DNA of 64,000 bases from Narcine bancroftii (lineage: Eukaryota). Of this stretch, positions 33,919-44,799 are shown piece after piece. The stretch lies in NCBI RefSeq assembly GCF_036971445.1, contig NC_091470.1:11780001-11844000 (forward strand), given 5' to 3'. Numbering within the stretch: the first letter of the stretch is position 1; every line of letters starts with the position of its first letter. Under the pieces are notes generated by a model, which searched no databases, was not told the origin of the DNA, and saw only the letters and a list, made by a program, of their open reading frames with translations. Made by a program: the position numbers and the translations under genes.

Positions 33919-34524
33919 GCAGCCCATTAACTCTGTACCCTGTTCCAGTGAGGCCAGCAGTGAGTGTGTGTGTGTGTGTCTGTCTGCGGCCCATTAACAC
34001 TGTGCCCTGTTCCAGTGAGACCAGCAGTGTGTGTGTGTGTCTGTCTGCGGCCCATTAACTCTGTGCCCTGTTCCAGTGAGGCCAGCAGTGTGTGTGTGTG
34101 TGTCTGTCTGCGGCCCATTAACTCTGTGCCCTGTTCCAGTGAGGCCATCAGTGTGTGTGTGTGTCTGTCTGAAGCCCATTAACACTGTGCCCTGTTCCAG
34201 TGAGGCCAGCAGTGTGTGTGTGTGTGTCTGTCTGCAGCCCATTAACACTGTGCCCTGTTCCAGTGAGGCCAGCAGTGTGTTTGTGTGTCTGTCTGCAGCC
34301 CATTAACTCTGTGCCCTGTTCCAGTGAGGCCAGCAGTGTGTGTGTGTGTCTGTCTGCAGCCCATTAACTCTGTGCCCTGTTCCAGTGAGGCCAGCAGTGT
34401 GTGTGTGTGTGTGTCTGTCTGCAGCCCATTAACTCTGTGCCCTGTTCCAGTGAGGCCAGCAGTGTGTGTGTGTGTCTGTCTGCAGCCCATTAACTCTGTG
34501 CCCTGTTCCAGTGAGGCCAGCAGC
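33137..34524 (+). repeat. Tandem array of the GPATCH2L exon-3 3' splice-site cassette with (TG)n/(TCTG)n spacers
   Basis: Unit gcccattaactctgtgccctgttccag|tgaggccagcag; 16 AG-bearing copies, the last being the real acceptor at 34511, plus 2 degenerate upstream CAC copies. Confidence 0.92.
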
Positions 34525-34570
34525 GTCTGCAGCAGTGATGGACTCTTCACCAATGATGAAGGACGACAAG
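34512..34570 (+). CDS. GPATCH2L: GPATCH2L coding exon 2
   Basis: (S)EASSVCSSDGLFTNDEGRQ(G), matching the conserved SSVCSS..GLFTNDEGRQG motif; phase 2 to phase 1; donor gtaggg. Confidence 0.93.
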
Positions 34571-35266
34571 GTAGGGCCTTACACAACGTGGTGGGGAGAG
34601 GGGCAGAATTGTAGGATTGGGGCCTCGGGCAGCCCTGCTATGAAGTGGATGTGCCAGGCTGTTGTGCTGGGTGTTCTGTGAAGGGGTTTTCCAGGAGGGG
34701 GCTGATCCGGGAAAGGGTTGTGTCTGCTGGGGGTTTTATGTGGGTGGGATTTTCTGGTAGGATATATTGACCCTGGGGCTATTTTCTGGATGACACGTGT
34801 TTGCGGGGTATGAGCCTGGGTGTTGGGATTTCCAGAGGTCTGTAAGCCCGGAGGTGGTTTTTGGTGGACGGGCAATCATGGTGGGATGTCTGAGAGATGT
34901 AGAGCGAGGGTGGTGGGTTGTCTGGGGGATGGGTGATTGTGGAAGGGTATTTGAGGATGGGTGAGCGTAGGTTTGGGCTTTCTAGGCTATGGGTTAGTGT
35001 GGGGGACGAATGAGTGTGGAGGGTGTTCTAGGAATGGGTGATCGTGGGGGTGTGGTATCTGGGGGACTGGTGAGCGTGGGGGGGGGTTTCTCGTGATGGG
35101 TGAGCGTGTGGGGGTTTCTGGGGACAGATGAGCATGGGGGCATGTTTGGGGATGTGGGTGAGATATCTGGTGGATGGGTGATTGTGGGGGTAAGGTATCT
35201 GGCAGATGGCCGAGTGCGGTGGGTATTTGCTGAGAAATCACCACCTCTCTCACTGCCCCTCCCCAG

Positions 35267-35443
35267 GTGATGATGAGCAGAGTGACTGGTTCTATGAGGG
35301 GGAATGTGACCAGGGTTTCCGGGTGCCCAATCTGCGGCTACACCGGGAAAGTTCACCAGTGATACCAGTGACCGAGGTGGGGCCAACAGTGACCACCTAC
35401 CCCTCACCACCATTCCTGCTGCCATCCCGACCCGCCCAGAGAG
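35267..35443 (+). CDS. GPATCH2L: GPATCH2L coding exon 3
   Basis: DDEQSDWFYEGEC...FLLPSRPAQR; ccccag acceptor, gtgagt donor; 177 nt. Confidence 0.93.
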
Positions 35444-35479
35444 GTGAGTGGGAGAGTGGCCTGTGCTGCAATTGGCTGA

Positions 35480-36325
<846 letters not shown>

Positions 36326-36412
36326 CCCTCATCCCTGATGGAGCTGGCAGTAAGGTGATGGGCAGAGTGGCCCCAGGAGCGGTGTGGACTAACCTGGTTT
36401 GTGTGCCGACAG

Positions 36413-36480
36413 GAGGGTCCAGTGGGAGCCGTGCCAAGCGACAGAGTGGACCACTTTGGACAGGACCCCTTCCAGAGGGA
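36413..36480 (+). CDS. GPATCH2L: GPATCH2L coding exon 5
   Basis: ACTAAC branch point, gacag acceptor, EGPVGAVPSDRVDHFGQDPFQR, gtgagt donor; phase 0 to phase 2. Confidence 0.8.
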
Positions 36481-36782
36481 GTGAGTGCCCCGTGGTGCGT
36501 CCCACCCCCCAGCAGTGCCCCACCCTCCCCGGCTGGAGGGAGGTGGGCTGTGGGGTGGGGTCATGTCGGGTTGCGGTAGGGCCTAGGGTGGTGAGGGGTG
36601 TGGAGGGGCTGGGGGTTGGGGTGGAGTGGGTGTAGGGGAGGGGCTGGGGGAGTAGGTGGTGTGAGGGAGAAGGTCGGGTTGGGGTGGTGGGGTGAGTTTG
36701 GGGGAAGTGTGGGGGAGTAGAGGGTGGCTGGAGGAGTTGTGCTCCCCCAACCCCAGTTGCTGACTATGGGTGGTGTGTTCAG

Positions 36783-36861
36783 GCTGCGCAGGAACGTTTG
36801 CATGCGGGGTCCGTACCGGGAGTGGAGTGTGCTGAGCCGCCTGCAGCCCCTGCCTCTAGGG
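36783..36861 (+). CDS. GPATCH2L: GPATCH2L coding exon 6 (poorly conserved)
   Basis: ttcag acceptor and G|gtaagt donor; 79 nt bridges phase 2 to phase 0 exactly; peptide not recognised. Confidence 0.6.
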
Positions 36862-37329
36862 GTAAGTACGGTTTGGCTGCATTTATGGGGGGGGGAATGT
36901 GGGAGGAGCGGGCAAGTGAGTTGTGGGGGCCGAGGGGTGTTGATATAGGGATTGGGATGTTTAGGAGGAGGTTGGGGTTGTAGCGGGGAGGGGATGTGGG
37001 GGAGGAGACGTTGGGGTTGTAGTAGGGAAGGGGATGTGGGGGAGGTGGTTGGGGTTGTAGGGATGAGTGGGTTTTGGGGGGAGGAGATGTTGGGGTTGTA
37101 GGAGGGAAGGGGATGTGGGGGAGGAGACATCAGGGTTGTAGGTGGGCGGTGCAGGGACCATGGCCGTACAGTGCTGTGGAGGGACCCAGCCATCGATAGG
37201 CAGGGGTCTCCCTGGTTCATGTTGGAGGGTTAAGGTGGAACTGGGGGGGGTCTTGGTCAGGGGGGGGTCTTGGTCGGGGGGGGGGGTTCACAATCACCTT
37301 TCTGTGACTCCTCCTCTCTGTGCCCACAG

Positions 37330-37415
37330 TTTAACCCATTGATGCCTCTCTACCCACTGGATGTCCTGACCGACGGCGCCCACAGGAGGGGTAACCCCCA
37401 GCACAGCCGGTCACG
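37330..37415 (+). CDS. GPATCH2L: GPATCH2L coding exon 7
   Basis: FNPLMPLYPLDVLTDGAHRR, similar to mammalian [20 protein letters not shown]; cacag/gtgagt. Confidence 0.9.
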
Positions 37416-37598
37416 GTGAGTGCCACACCCCACCTCCCTTTTCTCTCTTCCCCCATCTCCCAATCCCCCCTCCAAACGCACGGAACCCTTCAGGCAGAGG
37501 GTCCCAGGCCTTGTCTCTACGGCTGGTGCTGTTAGACCACACTGTTGGGCGGGGAGATCATCACTGCTGCCATTGATTTGGCCATTCTCTCCTCTCAG

Positions 37599-37684
37599 GC
37601 AGACGAGTGTGCACCTGGGGTCGCTGTGTACGAGTGGCGTGAAGCGCAGGCGCAAGACTTCCACCATGTCCAACCCTGGAACAG
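37599..37684 (+). CDS. GPATCH2L: GPATCH2L coding exon 8
   Basis: QTSVHLGSLCTSGVKRRRK; tctcag/gtaggg; phases compatible. Confidence 0.85.
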
Positions 37685-38021
37685 GTAGGGTCTGGGACTG
37701 ATATGGGGCCGGCTCGGGAGAATGGGGCAGTGGGGTTAGTGTGTATCTGACAAGGAGTGGTGGGGGAAAATCAGTGTGGGGACAGACATTGGGGGGGATC
37801 AGTGCGGGGACGGACTCAGTGGGGGGATCAGTGTGGGGACGGACACGAAGGAAGGATCAGTGCGGGGACGGACATGGGGTGGGGGGGATCAGTGTGGGTT
37901 GGACATGGGGCGGGGGGATCAGTGCAGGGATGGACACGGGGTGGGGATGGGGGTGGTGAGATGCCTAGTACTTGTTGTAGTGGGGCAGTATTCGTGTACT
38001 GTGGTGCTCTCTTTGTTGCAG

Positions 38022-38206
38022 CCGCCTCCTCCCACATTGCCGAGACTGAGGGGCACAGCCCGGATTGTGCTGCCAACAAGACGTCAAGCTGCATGGAATG
38101 GGCGGAGGGTGAGAACAGGGCTGGGTCGGGAGCTGAGAGTCCTGGGCCTGGCCAGCCTGTCAGTGCCGTGATGTCTCTGCCGCATGTGGCAGGGACTCAG
38201 TTGTGA
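38022..38206 (+). CDS. GPATCH2L: GPATCH2L last coding exon (spliced CDS 1437 nt, 478 aa)
   Basis: ttgcag acceptor, phase 1 compatible, TGA at 38204-38206; candidate ATTAAA at 38822-38827. Confidence 0.7.
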
Positions 38207-38954
38207 GGAGTTGTGTATGTATATCACCCTCTGTGGGAGGCCCCCTGCTCTGTCCTCCCCGATTCGGAGCGCTGGCCTAGACCTGGGCAATGCACAGTTC
38301 CACTGGCTGCCTCACTGAGCTGTGTGGACTCCAGCCATCAGGGTGGATTGGCAGGGGCCAGCACATGTGAAATCTTTCCCTCACAATCCCAGGCTTTTCT
38401 CTGGCTGGGCCAGCCTGCATTGGAATGGGAACAGCATTGTTACGCCTGTGATGCATCTCGCTGTCCCACTGCTGTGTTGTAATTGTCTGAGGACTCCATG
38501 TACAGGAGGTTTGAGTCAGAGTCCAGGTTCATTCTGTGATACAGACAGTGAGTAAATATGTGCCGAGGTGTGTTGCAGCATCATGCAGTGTTACACCCAC
38601 TGCTAATCCAAGTGTATTCATGTCGTCAGTCTGTGGCAAGTGTGGAGATGCCCTTCTTTAGATTAGTTCCACTGTTTCTGTGTGACGTCTCGACGCCCTC
38701 TGTCAAGTGTTCGTGTTTTCCCTGTTCCTGCCACTTGCATTGTTAACTTCATCTCTGACATTACTCGGTGCTTTCTGAAAGGGAATCTATTCACCTGAGT
38801 AAGGTTTTAAGAGAATTTTAAATTAAAATATTTTGATATTTTCCAGCTATTTGCTGTCCAGTGAATTGTCTGTTTCTTCGGTACTGGTGAGTTTCATCTG
38901 TGGGCAGGGCCTGAGTACATGTGGTGTCTCCCAAATCCTCAACGTGGTCTAGGT

Positions 38955-39340
38955 GCCCCTTGCCCTTCACTGTCCCCATTCACCCCCCTCCCTCTCTGCC
39001 CTTCACTGTCCCCATCCACACCCTCCCCCTTCTGCTCTTCACTGTCTCCAACCACCCCCATCCCCCTGTCCTTTACTGTCCCCATCCACCCCCCTTCCCC
39101 TCTGCCCTTCACTGTCCCCATTCACCCCCCTCCCCCTTCTGCTCTTCACTGTCTCCAACCACCCCCATCCCCCTGTCCTTTACTGTCCCCATCCACCCCC
39201 CTTCCCCTCTGCCCTTCACTGTCCCCATTCACCCCCCTCCCCCTTCTGCTCTTCACTGTCTCCAACCACCCCCATCCCCCTGTCCTTTACCGTCCCCATC
39301 CACCCCCCTTCCCCTCTGCCCTTCACTGTCCCTATCCACC
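38955..39340. repeat. C/T-rich tandem repeat (ttcactgtccccatccacccc subunits)
   Basis: Three higher-order copies visible. Confidence 0.8.
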
Positions 39341-40069
39341 CTGGCCAGTTGCTGAACTGGGGTTACTCTCCCCATTGCTGTGATGTTGAAACTTCCCAGT
39401 CTGGCCAGTGGTCGAGAAGTAAGACTGTCCACGGTGACGCAGGTAAGTTGGGCAGAGCACCGGTCAGCCGTTTGTGTTCCTGGAAGGTTCACGGTTATGT
39501 ACTTTGGGTGGATTAGCAGGGCTTGGACATAGTGAGCATTAGGACCCTGGTGGATGGAGACAGAGAGACCTTGATTGTGGCAGAATAGGTCAGAAGGGTG
39601 GTGTGGAATATTAGCTTTCCTTCGCAAGGGCAGAGAACAGAGTTGGAAGGGATTTCCTGTCCAAGTTCCTGTGTGAATGTCAGATTTGTCCCCTCATCCA
39701 CCACTTCCGCCTGCTGTTCCACGCATCCATGACCTTGTCAAAGACCTTGCTCAATAGCATTCCCTCTTACTCCTTCAAAATGCTGAGTGTAGTCTGACTC
39801 CAAGGCAGGACACCGAGCCAGGTCTCTGAGGTGCCCCCATGAGTGGTCAGCCACTCTTACCTGCAGCGCAAGTACAGAAAACTGGGCAGGTTTGGGGGGA
39901 AGGGGAGAGATTTGGAGGGGATCTCGTGGAACCCTCTTCACCCAGAGAGTGGGGAGTATGTGCCAGCAAGAATGGGGGAGGGGTCATTCACAATTAGGGC
40001 TTTGCACCCAGAGAGTGGGGAGAACCAAATGCATGCTGCCGGGGAGGGTGGGGATGCAGTCACTAGCAG

Positions 40070-40420
40070 TTACCCACACAGGCTGGGGATGACCAACGAC
40101 CCACACACAGGCTGCTGAGGTAGTCCAATGACCCACACGGTGCTGGGGACGACCAACATCCCACACGATGCTGGGGACGTCCAACATCCCACACGGTGCT
40201 GGGGACGTCCAACATCCCACACGGTGCTGGGGACGTCCAACATCCCACACGGTGCTGGGGACGTCCAACATCCCACACGGTGCTGGGGACGTCCAACGGC
40301 CCACACGGTGCTGGGGACGTCCAACAACCCACACAGTGCTGTGGATGCCCAACGACGCACACGGTGCTGGGGTCACCCAACGACCCACACGGTGCTGGGG
40401 ACGACCAATGACCCACACGG
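40070..40420. repeat. 28-bp minisatellite (cccacacggtgctggggacgtccaacat)
   Basis: Period 40141 to 40169. Confidence 0.9.
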
Positions 40421-41169
40421 GCTACTGGAAATGTAGTTCAAGGACCAACACAGGGTTCTGGAGACTTGCTTATGGGAACCAGGATACGCCCCTGCACGTC
40501 CTGGATTCTTGTCAACATTTTTCATTTAATTAGTACATCCTGCTCAACACTGCCTTCGTGGATGGACATGCCTGTTCCTGTGATGGACTGTCCTCTGGTC
40601 GATGGACATTTATCCCAGGTCTCTGTTCTACAAAACTCCCCAGGGCCCTGACATACACCCTGCAAGTCGAGCCCTGTTTCAACTGCACTACCTCACACTT
40701 GTCTGAGTTAAATTCCATCTGCCGTTTCTTGGCCCACTTTCTCAAAATCAGCCTTGTCTCAATTCAGCACATTTTTGTGGATTATCTCAGTTTTGTCTTG
40801 AAGTAGTTTAAAACTGATGGAGATCTTCTCACTGGACCCAAAGTGCTCCCTGCTGTCACTTCAGTCACTTGCCCTGTCTCGTACCCTCAATCTCCCAACG
40901 ATCTCCCAAGGAGACCCTCACTAAGCCCTGTTAAGTCTTCCCCCATCATTCCTCTCACCTGACCCTCTTTCGCTCCTGTTGCATCTGTATCCTGAAACAT
41001 TGAGCTGCCAGTCCTGCCCCTCTCTCAGCTCTGTTATACTATCCCTGTGTCCCGAGCCAATCCACACTCTCAGCCCACCTGCCTGAAGTTTTAGATGGCT
41101 TACACTGAAATAAATGCAGATTAAACCACTCTCTTTGCGTACTCCTGCTTATCCTGTCCAGTACACTTG

Positions 41170-41345
41170 TGCAGTGAACTTGGATTCACTAGTCGTGTGT
41201 GGTGCTGATGCCCCCACCTCCTAGCTCTGCCCCCCTGGGTTCCCGCCTAAACCCAGAACCATTCCGAAGACGACCCTACTCTTAGTTATAAGCTAATAAA
41301 AGTTTTGTTCTCCCTCCAGTTGTGAGAACTTTTATTCTCGCGACA
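41170..41345 (+). mobile_element. Short solo LTR
   Basis: TG...CA ends, flanking direct repeat ACTTG (41165-41169 and 41346-41350), internal AATAAA. Confidence 0.6.
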
Positions 41346-44300
41346 ACTTGCTCACTTTGAGTACAGTATTGGCCCCCCAACTTCCCACCTGCTCTGAGAC
41401 TGGACCCCTGCCCATCTAGTTTAAACATTCCAGAGAAACACAAACAAATCTCCTGGCCAGGACTATGGACCCCTCCAGTTCATGCTGCCCCTCCCTCTTG
41501 TACTGGTGCCCATTTCTCCAATGGTCCCAGAACCTGAATTCATGAATCCCTGCTCAAGCACTTCAGCCATGCATTTACCTTTCTACTCCTAACCTCACCA
41601 GCATGTGGCTCTGGGAGTAACCAGTGATTCTACACTCGAGCTTCTGCTTTCAGCCTCCTTTCCCAGCTCTCTCACCCCTTTCCCTCCCCATTGTGCACAG
41701 TGACCATCCCCATGACAATATCCTGGAACCACTTAGATGCAGCATAACATCCTGGGGTCCCTCGTCCCCACAGAAGCCGCTGTCTGCCCCCCTCCTCACT
41801 AGGGCACCACCTATCACTATCCCTCTGCCCTTCCCTGCTGGGCCTCCAAGCCAGTTGTGATGCCACTGACCTGGCTGCTGCTTCGTTATCCCCCGCTCAC
41901 ATTTCCATAAAAAAGGCCAATTTACCTTTTATGCGGGGAGATTCCTCAGCCGGCTGCGGAGGGTGGAGGAGGCAGGTCGTGCGGAGCGGGAGGTGTACAG
42001 CGCAGGAGCAGGACTGTATTCCCCAGTCTAACGTGGACTATTGAAGTCCCCCTGGGCCACCGTAATATTGCCTTCCTACATGGGAAAACTCCTATTGGAA
42101 TTTGCAGCCCTCGTCCAAATGCTGTTTAGAGACGTGTTTCTCCCATCAGGGTCGTTTACCCTTTGCAGTTCCTCAACTCCACCCACAGGGATTCTACATC
42201 CTCTATGCCACTTCTTGCTGAGGATTTCATTTCATACCGACAGAGCCATCCCACCTCGTCCCCACCCCACCCCACCTGCTCTTGGATGTTGAGCTCCCAG
42301 AACATGGTACCTGCCAATGTCTAACTGCTCACCTCCCTTGTTTTGTAGACTGTGTGCAGGTATATTTGGCACCGAGTTCAGAACTCTTCTCACATTTGTC
42401 TCTGCATCACCCCTGCTTAACTTTGTTTCACTCTCCAAGTTTCCTGTTCCACTTTATTTTATTTTGGAGCCTTTATTTACTTCTCCTGTGCTCTGACACC
42501 CTGGGACATTTTGGAAGATATGTTTGCCTTGTTGTTAGGGCAGAGGAGAGGGACCAGGAATCTGGAAGGTGGAGAATTCAATCCCAATGTGCTGGAGAAA
42601 GTCAGCAGGTCGCTTTACTGGAAGTAAAGGATGACCCATGTTTGGGCCAGGTGTTATGTGGAGACGAGTGATGGGTGAGAGGGCTGGGAGTTGAGAAAGA
42701 TGCTCCTACAGAGGGACGGAAAGGGGTGGGGAGCTGGGGGAAGAGAGACCAGGGAGGGAGTTCCTGAAAATTGGTTAATGAGATACAGGATATAAAGTGC
42801 AGGTAGCCTTGGTTCAGCAATGCGTGAGGTCATGGACACACTTACGTATGGAAATTGGGCAGGGAATTAAAATGGTCCACTCTATTGCAGCCAAGGTGCT
42901 CAATGAAGCGATCTCCCAGCCTGCGTACAGTCTCTCCTATGTAAAGGAGACCACGACGGGAGCACCAGATGCAGTAGACGGACGAGCCCTGCAGATTCAT
43001 GTGTTGCTTCACTTGGAAGGACTGTTTGGGCCCTGAAGAATAGCAGTCACAGGGTTAGGTACCAAGGAGGTGATTGGTGGGGAGGAGGGAGTGGGCAAGG
43101 GAGCAAACATGGAGTATTATTTCAAAGTACAGTCCTTTCGGCCCACAATGTTGTGCTGACCCATGTAAACCTACTCCACAAAATTCTAATTATTCCATAC
43201 ATTAAACCCATAACCCTCTATTTTTACCGTATCCATGGGCCTGTCTAAGAGTCTCTTAAATCCCCTAATATTCCAGCCTCTATCACCACCGTGATTCCAG
43301 GCCCCCACAACTGAGTTTAAAAAAACAAATCTACCCTGACGTCTCCCCTAAACCTCCCTCCCTTCAGCTTGTACACATGTCCTCTGGTGTTTGTCACTGT
43401 CACCCCTTGTCCGTCCACTCTATTTCCCAGAATCTTGTTGACCTCTATCAAGTCTCCTCTCATCTTTTTCATTCCAAAGAGAGAAGCACCAGCTCTGACA
43501 ACCTTGCCTCATAAGATAAGTTCTCCTCTTCAACCTTTTTGAGGCATCTCCATCCTCCTGTAATGAGGCGACCAGAATAGAATAGGGTCGAAACCTGAAC
43601 CTTCAGATTCCAGGACAGTTTCCTGCTCTTCTCAGACACCTGAATGGGCCGGTGGAGAAAGGTTCTGGTGGGAGAAGCGGATATGGAGCCTAACAGATGT
43701 TAGGGTTAGGGTTAGGGAGAGAAGGATCAGGGCTTCAAGTAGAACTGGGCCAGCCAATCATGGGGCAGACATGGGATTAAAGGGTCTGTTCCTGTGCCCC
43801 CACCCCCCCCACCCCCAAACTCACACACCATGCCTCATCATGGCCCGTGCCTTGTAACTCCCCAGAGTCCTGCAGTTCACCACTCCCTGCTCATTTGTCT
43901 TGCATTACCTGTTTAAGGACAGACTGAGCACAATGAATGGAGGGTCACCTCTCCTCCACGATCACACTCAACTCTCCATCTACATCTGGACACTGACCCA
44001 ACTCCATCCTCACCACTGCAGTGAGCTGTGTATGAAGAACAAGGGGACAGAATCCAGGAGATTGAAAGTCACAAGGCCCAGTGCCAAGATATCCTCTCTC
44101 AATGGAAATAAGATGGGGTTGATCACTAACTTCAGCAGGAGGGGCAGAGCCAACACGTCCATTAATGACACGTCGAATGAGTAAATTTCTTCAGAATGAA
44201 CATCCCTGGTGATGTGACGTGGGATGAGCAGGTTGATGCTCTGGTCAGGAATGCACCAGTTTTCATCAGGAGACGAAGGAAGTTCAGCATATCCCGCCAT

Positions 44301-44384
44301 CCCCCAGCACCTCTACAAGGACCCCAGCGAGAGCAGATCACAGCTTGGGATGGGAGAGTCAGGGCAAGTAATCAGTCAGTGAGC

Positions 44385-44735
44385 AGTGGGATTGGTCAGT
44401 GGGGCTTGTGATAGGTCAGTGCTGATCATGATTGGTCAGTGGGGCTTGTGATTGGTCAGTGATGATGGTGATTGGTCAGTGGGGCTTGTGATTGGTCAGT
44501 GATGATGGTGATTGGTCAGTGGGGCTTGTGATTGATCGTTGTTGGTTGCGACTGGGCAGTGGGGGTGTATGATCGGCAAGTGGGCACATGTGAATTGCCC
44601 AGTATTGGGTATGTGATTGATTAGTGGGGTGGGGGTGTGACTGGCCGGTGTAGGGTATGTGATTGGCCAGTGGGGGTGCTGCGTGATTGGCCGATGGGGG
44701 GGGCTGATTGGCCTATGCACCGTGTGATTGGGCAG
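44385..44735. repeat. 20-bp-period repeat of TGATTGGTCAG (inverted CCAAT boxes)
   Basis: ATTGG at 44391, 44431, 44451, 44471, 44491, 44511 plus degenerate copies. Confidence 0.75.
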
Positions 44736-44799
44736 TGTGAGGCATGTGAATAGTCAGTGGGGGGGGGGTGGTGTGGTCAAGGTGATCAGATCTCCATCA

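Noticed and set aside
33137-34524. CRISPR-like repeat-spacer array
   Set aside because: Spacers are (TG)n/(TCTG)n microsatellites rather than unique sequences; eukaryotic intron with no cas genes
43700-43717. (TTAGGG)3 as an interstitial telomere
   Set aside because: Only three units; too short to interpret
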